Source: a virus. From it: a stretch of 64,000 nucleotides of DNA. The position numbers were made by a program, and so were the translations under genes. Where the stretch lies: UHGV virus genome UHGV-0034108; one strand, 5' to 3'. This document shows positions 40,502 through 50,129 of this stretch, in pieces (the first letter of the stretch is position 1; every line of letters begins with the position of its first letter). A model generated the notes under the pieces. The model ran no database searches. It was not told the origin of the DNA and saw only the letters and a list, made by a program, of their open reading frames with translations.

Positions 40502-41758
40502 TTATTTGTTTAGAATTTTGTTAATCAATGCAAGCAGCATCAATGACCCGCTCTTTCTTTGTTGACGATAAGACTTTATGTCTTTTGCTCTTTGGTAATA
40601 CTTCGCTACACCGTTTATGTCATCCGGTCTTGGCAGTTCTTCAAAGTCACAGACGGCACCGTCAAAGAACAGTGGGCATACACCGCCCATTTCTCCATTC
40701 CTGTTTGCTATGACATACAGGAATCTTCCGTAGTTACGAAGTCCCTGCCCGGTCTCGTCCTGAATCTTATATCCAAGCCAGGCTGGTAGACCGAACTTTG
40801 ACGGGTCAAAAAGACCAAGAACTATATCGGCATCTCTTGAAGTGTACTTCGAATCGGAGAGACCGGCTGCTGACGGGAGCATCTTCTTCTGCTTTATCGC
40901 TTCCAGACCCTCCGTTTCAGACGCCTGTTGCTGTATCGCCACGCAGGTGTAGTTGAACCTGTTTCGGAGATACTTCACGAAATATTCGCTCATTTTGTCA
41001 ACGGCATCTTTCGTTCTGAATCCCTGCTCCTTATCCAAGAGGCTGACATGATCGATGAGGACAATCTTATAATGATTCGGGTCATCCTGCACATAGGAGT
41101 CGAATACCTCAACTTCCTTTCCGGCAAGTCCGTTGGACTTCATCTTGTGGGTCGTGTACTTGCCAACCGATTTCGCGTATTTCTCGCACACGCGAAGTAT
41201 CCCAGTCGGGTTGGTGTCCTCTGTTTCAAACTGCACGCAACTCTCGAAGAACCGGATGCGCTCCTGATATTTCTCGCTCCTCAGTTTTTCCAGCGCCTCT
41301 TCCGGAACCGGATAGTCGCTGGATGTTGAGCGAAGATCGGACGGTGACAGTCTTATACCGTCAAGGGAATACAGCAGATGCGAGAGATACCTCTCTATCA
41401 CCTTCTGCACAGCCTCCTCAAGGGCAAAGTATATGATGTGAACAGAGCATTTTTCCGGATATTCAAAAGCATAATCCAGAACTGTGTACAGATACAGAAA
41501 GTTAGCGAGGTTCGTCTTACCAACTTTTTGGTTTGCTGTGCAGACGACATATTGTCCCTGTTCTATGCCCGGAAACTCGTTTCTGAATCTCTCGAACGGA
41601 AGAGGAATACAGTTGGTGCCACCGTGGAGCACATTGTTTCTCCTTTCCTCAAGATTGTCAAGTACTCCGGCGACGGAGCTTATGTCGTTTACGACCATCG
41701 CGTACTCCTCGAACTCCTCGTCGGTAATTCCGAGCGTAGTGTTATATCCCTCTATCAT
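40502..41758 (-). CDS. DnaB-like replicative helicase
   Basis: Walker A ANQKVGKTNLA; IVLIDHVSLL; CVAIQQQASETE resembles DnaB H3/H4 motifs. Confidence 0.6.
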   Translation of the reverse strand: MIEGYNTTLGITDEEFEEYAMVVNDISSVAGVLDNLEERRNNVLHGGTNCIPLPFERFRNEFPGIEQGQYVVCTANQKVGKTNLANFLYLYTVLDYAFEYPEKCSVHIIYFALEEAVQKVIERYLSHLLYSLDGIRLSPSDLRSTSSDYPVPEEALEKLRSEKYQERIRFFESCVQFETEDTNPTGILRVCEKYAKSVGKYTTHKMKSNGLAGKEVEVFDSYVQDDPNHYKIVLIDHVSLLDKEQGFRTKDAVDKMSEYFVKYLRNRFNYTCVAIQQQASETEGLEAIKQKKMLPSAAGLSDSKYTSRDADIVLGLFDPSKFGLPAWLGYKIQDETGQGLRNYGRFLYVIANRNGEMGGVCPLFFDGAVCDFEELPRPDDINGVAKYYQRAKDIKSYRQQRKSGSLMLLALINKILNK

Positions 41759-42273
41759 ACGACCTCCCCGAACTCGTTGAGCGAAATCTCGTTCTCGTCG
41801 GCATCGGGAACCCCGATGTCATCCGAAGTGAGATAGTCAGCGAATACGGACTTGTAGGTGTAGGCTATCCGTCCGTCCTTTCCGACCATCTTCTCCTGCT
41901 TGAAGATAAAGTACTTGAGCAGCATCATATATTTGCAGCTGCCTTCGAACTGTGCGAGGTATCTACGACCTGCACGGAGGCACTGTTCTATAGTATAGTT
42001 GTCCCCGAGCTTGTAATACTTCCAGATGAACTCCAGTCGCTTTTGAATATTGGGGACAGAGTCTCGCCATGGCCATTTCCCATCCTTCTCCCCTGCTGGC
42101 CAGAGTTTCCTGAGACCAGTGGCTACGGCTTCGAGAAAGGCCATTCCTCCCTGAGGTTGTTGGACAACCTCAAGGGCATCGGTGAACCCGCGTATGTAGG
42201 CGCACCGTTCAGAGGTGCCGTCGGCATATACAGCCGACGCCCTCCTGATGATTTCACTTCTTGTTATTTCCAT
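41755..42273 (-). CDS. hypothetical protein
   Basis: 172-aa ORF. Confidence 0.5.
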   Translation of the reverse strand: MEITRSEIIRRASAVYADGTSERCAYIRGFTDALEVVQQPQGGMAFLEAVATGLRKLWPAGEKDGKWPWRDSVPNIQKRLEFIWKYYKLGDNYTIEQCLRAGRRYLAQFEGSCKYMMLLKYFIFKQEKMVGKDGRIAYTYKSVFADYLTSDDIGVPDADENEISLNEFGEVV

Positions 42274-42502
42274 GATTCTTCCATTTGCGTTCCAAAGGTA
42301 TGGAAACCAACTGAAAAAACAATGATGTTTCTTGGTTTTTAGATTTTATTCACTTCGGCAACATAGTAAGTGTAGTCGGGGTCGTTCTCATTCCTGTTCA
42401 TGATGTCGGCATACCCCGTTGCATCCTTCTCGCTGTCGGTGGCGAACGCCACTATTGACAGCGCCGGCTTGTTTTCGTAGCCTTTAATTACAAGAAACTT
42501 TG

Positions 42503-42841
42503 TCATTTTTTAATGATTTTTAAGATTATACCTGTATTTCTGTAGCTTCTTCCAAGCCTTATACAGATGTCCAGTGATACATTTTTCCGGAGATATTTCC
42601 TGTAAATCTTTCCGGTGTCAGTCATACGAAGTACGAAGCAAGCACCGGAGCGACTGATGAAGATTTCTCGACGAACTCCATCAAGATCTTCCCACAGGAA
42701 TCCGGTTCGCTCTCCGCCTATGGTACAGCCACGGACATCTGAATAGACTTTCCCGTCAAAAGTATATGATGCCGGTAAAGCGGGAATGGCCGAAACTTCC
42801 TCGGCTTCGGTCATTCTCTTTATATCATCAAGTGTCAGCAT
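42503..42841 (-). CDS. hypothetical protein
   Basis: 112-aa ORF. Confidence 0.45.
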   Translation of the reverse strand: MLTLDDIKRMTEAEEVSAIPALPASYTFDGKVYSDVRGCTIGGERTGFLWEDLDGVRREIFISRSGACFVLRMTDTGKIYRKYLRKNVSLDICIRLGRSYRNTGIILKIIKK

Positions 42842-43221
42842 ATCGGATAAGACCGTTTGTCATCCGGAAGCATTGTAGTTCCGATACACTGTCTGTCAAG
42901 TGGCAGGACGATGTCATACTGCTTGTCCTTGAGTGTACTGTCGATGACGTTGAACTTCTTGCCGTCGTCAGATACGGAGCGGAAGAATCCTGACTTCCAT
43001 CTGGAAATACCATCTGCTGTAATGTTGGCGCACATTACAGGAACACCGACTGAAGTCTCGTCGGATAGAATGGTATACGTATGTGTGTCATAAATCACTG
43101 ACGCATCTCCCTCTTGTGAGAGAGTCACGTTACTGAAGAACTTGACTGCTGTCTTTGCAGAATCTTCCGCGTAAATCTTGCCAACACGGACTTTGATTTT
43201 CTTTTCTACGATTGTGTGCAT
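42835..43221 (-). CDS. hypothetical protein
   Basis: 128-aa ORF. Confidence 0.45.
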   Translation of the reverse strand: MHTIVEKKIKVRVGKIYAEDSAKTAVKFFSNVTLSQEGDASVIYDTHTYTILSDETSVGVPVMCANITADGISRWKSGFFRSVSDDGKKFNVIDSTLKDKQYDIVLPLDRQCIGTTMLPDDKRSYPIC

Positions 43222-43242
43222 TTGTAAATTGATTTAAGTTAT

Positions 43243-43590
43243 TTATATCGCCTGAATGAACAGGTCAATGTCTTGTATTCTCAATCCAAGCCGTTGGGCA
43301 ATTTCATCCGCCTGCTCGATGTCATCGTTGGAACCGGAGCGAAGCAGCTCCCTGACTGTGCTCTCTCCGGTTCCGAGAAGCCGTGCATAACGGCGACGAA
43401 GTCCGATGTGATACATGCGATGGAAAAGTAGTTCGACACGGGTATCTGTAATGCAATAGACCGCGTGTTCAAAATTGTATAATCCACGAAGGATTTTTCT
43501 AATCATTTTCCTTCTCATAATTTTCAAGATAGTAGGCAATGTTAAACAAGGTTTGAGCATAGAGAATTTCACAGTTGTTATCAACTGCAA
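43243..43590 (-). CDS. hypothetical protein (possible HTH); start probably internal (about 43506-43518)
   Basis: 115-aa ORF overlaps next ORF by 92 nt unless later Met is used. Confidence 0.4.
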   Translation of the reverse strand: MQLITTVKFSMLKPCLTLPTILKIMRRKMIRKILRGLYNFEHAVYCITDTRVELLFHRMYHIGLRRRYARLLGTGESTVRELLRSGSNDDIEQADEIAQRLGLRIQDIDLFIQAI

Positions 43591-43861
43591 TCCACCACGG
43601 TGTTGTGTCTATATATTTATCAAGTTCATCTTCAGGCAGAGGACGATCATTGATACATACCTCAAGACAATTTCCGACCACTCGGATGGCAAAGACTTGA
43701 TATTCTAAGATATCCATGCTGCTTGGGGACGTGTACATGGCAGCATACGGGGAATCAAGTTCTCGTGTCACTGTCTTGAAGTAACCACGCTCGTTGGCAT
43801 GACTGCGCACAAAGGACACTATGTCCTCATGCGCCTGGGAAAAATCAGGTGTTCTAATCAT
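43499..43861 (-). CDS. hypothetical protein
   Basis: 120-aa ORF. Confidence 0.45.
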   Translation of the reverse strand: MIRTPDFSQAHEDIVSFVRSHANERGYFKTVTRELDSPYAAMYTSPSSMDILEYQVFAIRVVGNCLEVCINDRPLPEDELDKYIDTTPWWIAVDNNCEILYAQTLFNIAYYLENYEKEND

Positions 43862-44031
43862 AATTTTGTTGTTTAAGAATCGAAGAAAAAAGATGACGTT
43901 TGCTTTAACCGCAAGGCAGAACGCTCAGCAAGATGTGACAGAATGTCACGGATACGGTTTACTGGTCTCCGAAGCCACGAAGAGGCCGTCATCATTTCGG
44001 AGGAAGGGAGGATACTCATCCTCCCTTAAAG

Positions 44032-44247
44032 TTAAAAGGCAATGTGCATCTCATCGCGTGTGGTGTCAAACCACGTGATGCTGTTTTCGCGGGAAAGCAG
44101 ATGCCTGCGTGTATAGTCCATAAAAGTGAACACATTGTCAAACACGGCAGTTGTGTCGTAATGTTTCTCGTCCTTGATCTTGTTGAATTCCTCAAGAGTC
44201 AGGACATCTCCAACAGATACCTCATCATTCATAGTCTTACAATACAT
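44032..44247 (-). CDS. hypothetical protein
   Basis: 71-aa ORF. Confidence 0.4.
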   Translation of the reverse strand: MYCKTMNDEVSVGDVLTLEEFNKIKDEKHYDTTAVFDNVFTFMDYTRRHLLSRENSITWFDTTRDEMHIAF

Positions 44248-44368
44248 TTTCTTGTGGTGAATCCTTTTATGTCAGCTCTCTGACTTGCATCAAGGGTTGC
44301 CATTGCAGACTCAAGGTCCTTGGCAACTATGAGAACTTTCTTGTGATTGAAGAAGCGGAATGTGAATA

Positions 44369-44932
44369 TCATAAGTCTGTATCGTTTTCAATCTGGGCAA
44401 GCGCCCCATTTGCCATATCGTAATAGACCACAGCAATTGACCCTTCGGTAGGACTGCCTGCGGCAATGCACATGGTTATAGCTCCACCTTCAGCCAGCCA
44501 ATGTGCGAGCCAGTCTACGCGACGAGTCCAGACTCCATAGATTTCTATTCCGCAACCGTCACTATATGAATCCTTAAAATCCCTGTTGATGACTACTGAC
44601 TCACCATATTTCAATGTATATCTGTCCACCAAAGTATTAAACTCTGATTTAAGGATATGCCATCGGAGCTGACGCTCACATACTACAGTGACTTGATATA
44701 TATTATCAAGACCATAGGTATCCATAAGCAAAGTGACATCGTGACCGGCAAACTTCCCCCGCAAGACTGGACCGGAGTCTGTCTCAGCCATAGAGAAACC
44801 CTTGCTCTGCATCTGTGAGATGAAGTCTCTCTTTGTACCGTCAATGGGGACGCCCATGAAGTGCATGTGACTCTGGGCAAAGCCCGCGATGCCTATCGAC
44901 ACCGCGAGCAAAAAGATAATTAAGCGTTTCAT
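44369..44932 (-). CDS. secreted protein (signal peptide), possible lysogenic-conversion / exclusion factor
   Basis: N-terminal MKRLIIFLLAVSIGIAGFAQS signal peptide. Confidence 0.5.
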   Translation of the reverse strand: MKRLIIFLLAVSIGIAGFAQSHMHFMGVPIDGTKRDFISQMQSKGFSMAETDSGPVLRGKFAGHDVTLLMDTYGLDNIYQVTVVCERQLRWHILKSEFNTLVDRYTLKYGESVVINRDFKDSYSDGCGIEIYGVWTRRVDWLAHWLAEGGAITMCIAAGSPTEGSIAVVYYDMANGALAQIENDTDL

Positions 44933-44940
44933 TTTATGAT

Positions 44941-45282
44941 TTATTTTATTCTAAGTGTTGCCTTTGCCACGTTGAGGCATCCAATCAATGTAGTTATACC
45001 TACTTCCCTAAAATAGACGGGTTCTGGATATATGTCCTCATTATTCGTAATGAAGAAGATATTGCCTGTAGGATGCAGCTCGATTGCGGCAAGTTTCTCA
45101 TCACGATACCCATCATCAGATGTCTGCCTCGGTATCTGTATTGCCAAATCATGCTCATCCGGAATTGAAATTACATGATTTTCTGCCTTTTCAAGCAGTT
45201 CGTGCATCTCACTCCAGACTGCGTCCTGGATCTCATTACAGATCTGGAAATACTCATTTACCATTGTTTCAATAGTCTTCAT
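44941..45282 (-). CDS. hypothetical protein
   Basis: 113-aa ORF directly downstream of IS. Confidence 0.5.
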   Translation of the reverse strand: MKTIETMVNEYFQICNEIQDAVWSEMHELLEKAENHVISIPDEHDLAIQIPRQTSDDGYRDEKLAAIELHPTGNIFFITNNEDIYPEPVYFREVGITTLIGCLNVAKATLRIK

Positions 45283-45295
45283 GATATTATATTTA

Positions 45296-46324
45296 ATGAT
45301 TACGCAATGTTATACCTAAACTCGTTTTTATAAGCCAAGGCAGCGACCACGAGCCTATCAAAGAGTTTGTCTCCGAATGTCCTGCGGTTGAACTTGTAGC
45401 AGAACTCGTTCAGATAGCTTTGAAGGTAGTCGGGTCTGATGTCGTGATAGACGTCCAGCAGGAGCCGTTTTGCGTTGCTGATTGCGATATGAACCCACGG
45501 GAGTAGCTTACCGACCTGCTTTGGCTCTATGACCTGATGCACGTGTTTACTTACGAGTGACTTTATATTTGTATATGACGTTGAATCGTCAGAAGTTATG
45601 GTTGAACTTGGATTGACATACATCCTCACCTTTCCGTCAATGGTTTCCGACTTGAGATCGTTGATGACGAGCATCTTGATGTGCTTGACTGCGGTAGGCT
45701 TGTCGGAGGTTTTCTTCTGAGTCCCATCGGAGGTCTCGGCCAGGACGAGGACCGCAGTTTTCTTCTGGCTTCCGCGCCCGCGTTTCTGCGGCTCGTCCTT
45801 CTTGCCCTCAGGGGTCTCGGTGGAGAAGAACCCCTCGTCCATCTCCACTATCCCACACACCTGGTATTGCGCGTCCCGCTTGCCCATGATACTCCGAAGC
45901 TTATGAAGCATCGCCCAGATTGGCATATAGTTCTTGTGACCCAGCTGACGCTGGAGCTCCGATGCGGAGAAACTCTTCCGCGTCGAGGTGAGCAGGTGCA
46001 TCGCCGTGAACCAGTACATCAGTGGCAGTTGGCTGCCGTGCATTACCGTATTCGCCTTCAGGCTCTGGCGGTAATGGCAGCCCTTGCACTCGAAGCATTT
46101 CTTATCCTTCTTCCAATAGTGCTCCGTGCAGCCACACTTTGGACAGACAACGCCCTGCTTCTCCCTGTATTCCCTAAGCTTGTTCTCGCAGCTTTCCTCA
46201 TTGGGAAACTCCTGCATAAAGTCTATAAGTTTCATTGTATCTTCGTTTGTTGGGACAAAGATACTGTTCGACTGTGCAAAAACGCTGCGCAAGTTATGAC
46301 TTAGGTATAACATTAATTATTCAT
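45296..46324 (-). mobile_element. IS1595-family insertion sequence
   Basis: Perfect 14-bp inverted repeats AATGTTATACCTAA at 45306..45319 and (rc) 46305..46318, extended imperfect IR to about 24 bp; single transposase ORF. Confidence 0.7.
45300..46235 (-). CDS. IS1595-family DDE transposase with N-terminal zinc ribbon
   Basis: CPKCGCTEHYWKKDKKCFECKGC zinc ribbon; likely start at Met27 MKLIDFMQEF inside the IR. Confidence 0.7.
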   Translation of the reverse strand: MKLIDFMQEFPNEESCENKLREYREKQGVVCPKCGCTEHYWKKDKKCFECKGCHYRQSLKANTVMHGSQLPLMYWFTAMHLLTSTRKSFSASELQRQLGHKNYMPIWAMLHKLRSIMGKRDAQYQVCGIVEMDEGFFSTETPEGKKDEPQKRGRGSQKKTAVLVLAETSDGTQKKTSDKPTAVKHIKMLVINDLKSETIDGKVRMYVNPSSTITSDDSTSYTNIKSLVSKHVHQVIEPKQVGKLLPWVHIAISNAKRLLLDVYHDIRPDYLQSYLNEFCYKFNRRTFGDKLFDRLVVAALAYKNEFRYNIA

Positions 46325-47195
46325 AATTTTTATTTGTTTCGACCGAGGATTCTCATCCTCACGCACTATGCCTGACGACTTTTTATACTCGCATAGTCGA
46401 GTTACCCTTGCTTTTTCCTGAGAGAAATATTATATTATTATAATATTTATCTCCCTTTAAAGAAATATAAAACTTTCTGTATAAGGAGGGGTCTGGGGAA
46501 CCACCGGAAATCAAATCCCCCGGAAATCTCAAAAATCCGGGGAATTTCATTCCTGATGAGAGAAAGGACGAGGAGCGGAAACCTACCAGGGAAGAGACAG
46601 TCTACCTCTCGAACAGAAGAAAGACCAAAGCTATTTCTCTTGGTCCTTCAAGAAAGCCTTGAAAGCTTTTAACTCTGACTTCTTCACGGGATAAAGAAAC
46701 CCCATAAAGCAAACCAGAACAAGTCTTTCCTCAGGCTTTTTAGTATTTGATTTTTCCATGGCAGAATCAAAGAGCTAAAAATCAAGAAGTTAAGAATCAG
46801 ACTCACGCACGTGTATACGCACGCGCGAGGAAACCCGAGCCGGAAAGAGAAACTCCAAAACCGAGCGGCGACCGGTAAGCAATAGTTAAATGCGCCGGGC
46901 CCTTGGAGTCGGACTTTCGCGGAAAGGGCATAGAAATGGCCTTCTCAGCCGTTTTTTCTCTTCGGACGATAACTTATATGTCTGAGAAAAGATAATGGCT
47001 CAGAGGGGCATTTCTGAGGAAAGTCTATTTCTGACTAAAAAATCAAGGCGGAAATTCAAGTCAGAAATAGGCTATGGCAGTCGAATCAAACCTCAACAAG
47101 CCGTTGGGAGCAGGTTAAAGTCCATAAGAAAAACTTATGGATAAAGCCCGACTTTGGTAGTCAGTTGGGTCAGATTCGACTGCCAGTTGGGTCAG
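46325..47195. other. approx. 870-nt noncoding region rich in nested hairpins and direct repeats (candidate structured RNA or origin/regulatory region)
   Basis: No ORF over 60 aa; 12-bp IRs CTATTTCTGACT/AGTCAGAAATAG (47025..47036 / 47059..47070) and GGCAGTCGAATC/GATTCGACTGCC (47076..47087 / 47173..47184); 12-bp direct repeat CAGTTGGGTCAG x2; CCCCGGA/TCCGGGG hairpin; GC-rich blocks. Confidence 0.4.
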
Positions 47196-47228
47196 TCAAG
47201 GAACAAAAAAGAGAGGCCCGAAGGCCCC
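47196..47228 (-). terminator. Rho-independent terminator with UUCG tetraloop
   Basis: Minus strand GAGGGGCC-UUCG-GGCCUCUC then UUUUUUGUUCC, 5 nt after stop of 47233..47586. Confidence 0.8.
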
Positions 47229-47232
47229 TCGA

Positions 47233-47586
47233 TTATCCGCGGAACTCGCGCTTGTCTCCGTGGCAGAGAAGATGTTTCGGGGCACCCGAAGTCACTTCGC
47301 CTGTCTCCTCATCTGTGTAGAAACCGACGCGGAACTCAAAGTTCTCGATAGGCTCTCCGACCTTTGCGAGGTCCTCTGCCGTCGCCTCATTGCGAGGCCA
47401 GAGGTCTGTTTCAACAATTCTACCGTCTGGCGCAGTGGCACGGACGTGGACGAGGACGCAAGTTTCCTCGTTTAGCTTTGCTGTCTTGGTGCTGAAGGAT
47501 GTGTTCACGAATCCGCATGCCGGGAAATACAACTGAGCGTCATAATCCTGATAACGCTCGTTTTCTTTGAACTGTACGTTTGTCAT
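47233..47586 (-). CDS. hypothetical protein, GC-rich relative to phage backbone
   Basis: 117-aa ORF with own strong terminator; elevated GC. Confidence 0.55.
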   Translation of the reverse strand: MTNVQFKENERYQDYDAQLYFPACGFVNTSFSTKTAKLNEETCVLVHVRATAPDGRIVETDLWPRNEATAEDLAKVGEPIENFEFRVGFYTDEETGEVTSGAPKHLLCHGDKREFRG

Positions 47587-47853
47587 AGCTTTAACTTTTT
47601 AAATGTGACCACGGGGGCCCATCCCCCGCGTATATGTTGAGGGTGGGGGTGGGGAGGTGTACCTCTCGCACGTACAAGTGTGGCGGGTATGTCAAATTTT
47701 AAGTATTGCCCGTACATACAAGAGGGGTAGTAGTTTTTTTCTGCAAACCAAGTGGTGTGTGGGGTGGGAGTTTCTCCCGGCTTGCGTATTTAGATAAAGT
47801 TCATTAACTTTGTCCCGAAGCCTCGGGTTGTTCAGTTGTTCCAATAGGGCCAA

Positions 47854-48066
47854 TTGAATGTAATCAGATATTCGACATTGTATATGATTGAGTTGATATT
47901 TAAGATAATAGGATATATATTCATAGCTTGCGTTGTGTGCATTGCTTTGTGGAAGTTGGTGCTTCTGATAATAGCCTTTTTCACATCAGGCGTATGGTTG
48001 TGGTTGCTTGCAGTAGGCGGTGGTTTGACAGTGTTGGGTTTAATATTCGATTATTTTTCGAAATGA
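47854..48066 (+). CDS. small two-TM membrane protein (paralog pair member 1)
   Basis: 70 aa; ..SGVWLWLLAVGGGLTVLGLIFD. Confidence 0.45.
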   Translation: MNVIRYSTLYMIELIFKIIGYIFIACVVCIALWKLVLLIIAFFTSGVWLWLLAVGGGLTVLGLIFDYFSK

Positions 48067-48227
48067 AAGATGGTAATGGCTTGTGCACTATGGCGATATT
48101 GCTGCTGATTGCGATGGTAGTGTGGTCGATAATAGCATTTATTGACTTTATAATCTCCGGAGGGTGGCGGTGGCTTCTCGTTATCTTCGGAGTCCTTTTG
48201 CTTCTTGCGTTTATCCGTACAGAGTAG
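48063..48227 (+). CDS. small two-TM membrane protein (paralog pair member 2)
   Basis: MKDGNG start overlaps upstream stop (ATGA); ..SGGWRWLLVIFGVLLLLAFI similar to member 1. Confidence 0.4.
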   Translation: MKDGNGLCTMAILLLIAMVVWSIIAFIDFIISGGWRWLLVIFGVLLLLAFIRTE

Positions 48228-48566
48228 CGGCAATTTTCTTGACAACTCTTGTTTTTGTGGCGGAGACAAAGTATCTTTGTCAAACAAAGTAATGAAGAGC
48301 ATGCTCTCAATAGCACTATTGAGACTCTGTTCAAAGGCTCGGGCAAGCGATTTTACTTTAGAAGTGATACGAGTTGCCGCTTGTATCACTTTTTGTCTTT
48401 AATTATCCTGTCTCCACGTGTCTGTTATATTTTTATAAGTGCCTCCAGCATATACAGACATTCTTGGATGTATTGGTAAGTGAACTGGTAACAATATGTA
48501 ACCGTTTCGCTTTTATCAGTTTTGTGTGTCGAAAATTTTTCTATGTTTGCCACAAAAAAATGAATT

Positions 48567-50129
48567 ATGGCTGATATTAAAGAACTTGCAGAAAGGCTGT
48601 TGCAGCTCGGATACACGAAAGACAATCTTTATATTGATGGTGGTGATACTAACGATGGTGGTTATTATGGTGGTGAGCTTGCACCTGCTGTTGTTAAGCC
48701 TAAACCTGTGGTGGTTAATCTTAGAACATCGAGAGTTAGTAAAGATTTTCCTATAAGTCACTCTGCTTTAGATCATACAGGAACTCCAAATGAGGAATCT
48801 TCTTTCTTAATAAGCAAAGGTTGGGATAGCACATACAATTTATTGACTAATAATTGCAGTGATTATACATGTAGGTTTCTTGAGGATGCTCTTGGTATAT
48901 CGTTAACGAATGGTATAACAACGCCTGGTAAACTGCGCAGAGCTATGGCTAAGTCTCCAAATCTGTTGGATACATTTAAAACGCCGGATGGTGTTTCAAC
49001 TATACAGAAAATACAAATACCGTGGTACGATTACAGAAAAGCCTTAGAAGCACAACGGCAGAGGGATTTGTATGATTATGAACAAAATGTAAAAAAGAGT
49101 CAGGGCGAACAAGTTGCTAAGTATGGCGTTAATAAACGGATTGACAAATTAAACAAAGAACATCCGAAACTTCAATATTATATAGATAGCGACGGGAATG
49201 TCATAAGGCATGAAAATCAATATGTGTATCCTTCTTCCAAGCCTTATGCACACGGTGGTCTGCTGCGCAGATTTGACGGCGGGGGACAAAAGGAAACAGC
49301 AGAAGTGCTTCCAGAAGTTGTTGTAACTCCATACGGAAATTATGTTAACTATACCGGTGAGGAAACGACGGTTCCATCCATTTCTGATTTCTTTGATGCT
49401 AAAGCTAATGCGGCAAGGGTTAATGCAGTTGGTAATATGTTGAATACAAAACATCCTGTGGTTCCTGCGGTCCCGAATGCCTTGGCCAGAAACCTGCTTG
49501 TACGTTTCGGCGTTTCCGATGAAAGAGCGGCTGGACTTCTCGGCTATGATAAGCATCCGCATACTTGTATAGCTACAACTACATCGCAATATAATGATCC
49601 GGAAGCTTTTGTTCCCGGTAACATTACATTTGATAAAAACAGGACTGGTTTCGTTCAGGTAGGTGATTATGATTATATTCCTGGAGATCTTGTGAATCTT
49701 TATTATAAAGGTACTCCTTTTCACTCAACAATGGTTACGGGTGTTACAAAGAGTCCTCTTGGTCCAGAATACGGATCGCCTATGTTGACATATTCTAATG
49801 GCGGAGTTGATGTTCCGGGGGAAGAAACCCACATGCGATATAATATGAATAATCTGTATGACGATGGGGATGATGAGACTCCGGACTTTGGACTTATGCC
49901 TGGAAATGTAGGAATAGGTCAATACAAAGTATTCAGATATGTGGGTAGTCCCAGCAGGAAGATTGATTGGGGTCGTGAATACAACTCAAAGTACGGATAT
50001 ACAGTGGATGAGAAAGGTAATGCTGTTGAGCCTCGTGATAAAATGTACGATTTGTTGGCAAAGATGCAACAGTATGGATACAAGTTTGAGAAAACTTCGG
50101 ATGGCAAGCTTAGGGTAGTTCGTAAATGA
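48567..50129 (+). CDS. two-domain putative peptidase: N-terminal PPPDE/DeSI-like (His then NNC) and C-terminal CHAP/NlpC-P60-like (Cys..His)
   Basis: N-term HSALDHTG ... LLTNNCSDYTCRFLE; C-term HTCIATTTSQY ... GDLVNLYYKGTPFHSTMVTGV. Confidence 0.5.
   Translation: MADIKELAERLLQLGYTKDNLYIDGGDTNDGGYYGGELAPAVVKPKPVVVNLRTSRVSKDFPISHSALDHTGTPNEESSFLISKGWDSTYNLLTNNCSDYTCRFLEDALGISLTNGITTPGKLRRAMAKSPNLLDTFKTPDGVSTIQKIQIPWYDYRKALEAQRQRDLYDYEQNVKKSQGEQVAKYGVNKRIDKLNKEHPKLQYYIDSDGNVIRHENQYVYPSSKPYAHGGLLRRFDGGGQKETAEVLPEVVVTPYGNYVNYTGEETTVPSISDFFDAKANAARVNAVGNMLNTKHPVVPAVPNALARNLLVRFGVSDERAAGLLGYDKHPHTCIATTTSQYNDPEAFVPGNITFDKNRTGFVQVGDYDYIPGDLVNLYYKGTPFHSTMVTGVTKSPLGPEYGSPMLTYSNGGVDVPGEETHMRYNMNNLYDDGDDETPDFGLMPGNVGIGQYKVFRYVGSPSRKIDWGREYNSKYGYTVDEKGNAVEPRDKMYDLLAKMQQYGYKFEKTSDGKLRVVRK

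Noticed and set aside
45681-46304. 207-aa + strand ORF antisense to the transposase, plus other antisense ORFs inside long genes (723..917, 790..1092, 2602..2856, 9473..9871, etc.)
   Set aside because: They lie wholly within better-supported genes on the opposite strand and have biased low-complexity composition. They are considered spurious.
46549-46580. CTGATGAG ... GGAAAC resembling hammerhead ribozyme core boxes
   Set aside because: No complementary stem II between the boxes and no stem I/III pairing, so this is a chance match.
47600-47790. G-run cluster (GGGTGGGGGTGGGGAGG, GTGGGGTGGGAG) as a functional G-quadruplex
   Set aside because: It is only a sequence motif on the non-coding strand of the promoter region for 47233..47586. 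It is noted within the accessory-island finding but not called as a feature.
48515-48550. Bacteroidetes-type promoter motifs (TAnnTTTG / TTTG) upstream of 48567, 51596 and 17987
   Set aside because: The sequence is AT-rich, so such matches are expected by chance. Many genes have strong GGAGG Shine-Dalgarno sites and canonical intrinsic terminators, which argues against a Bacteroidetes-style expression system. Host phylum is left unassigned.
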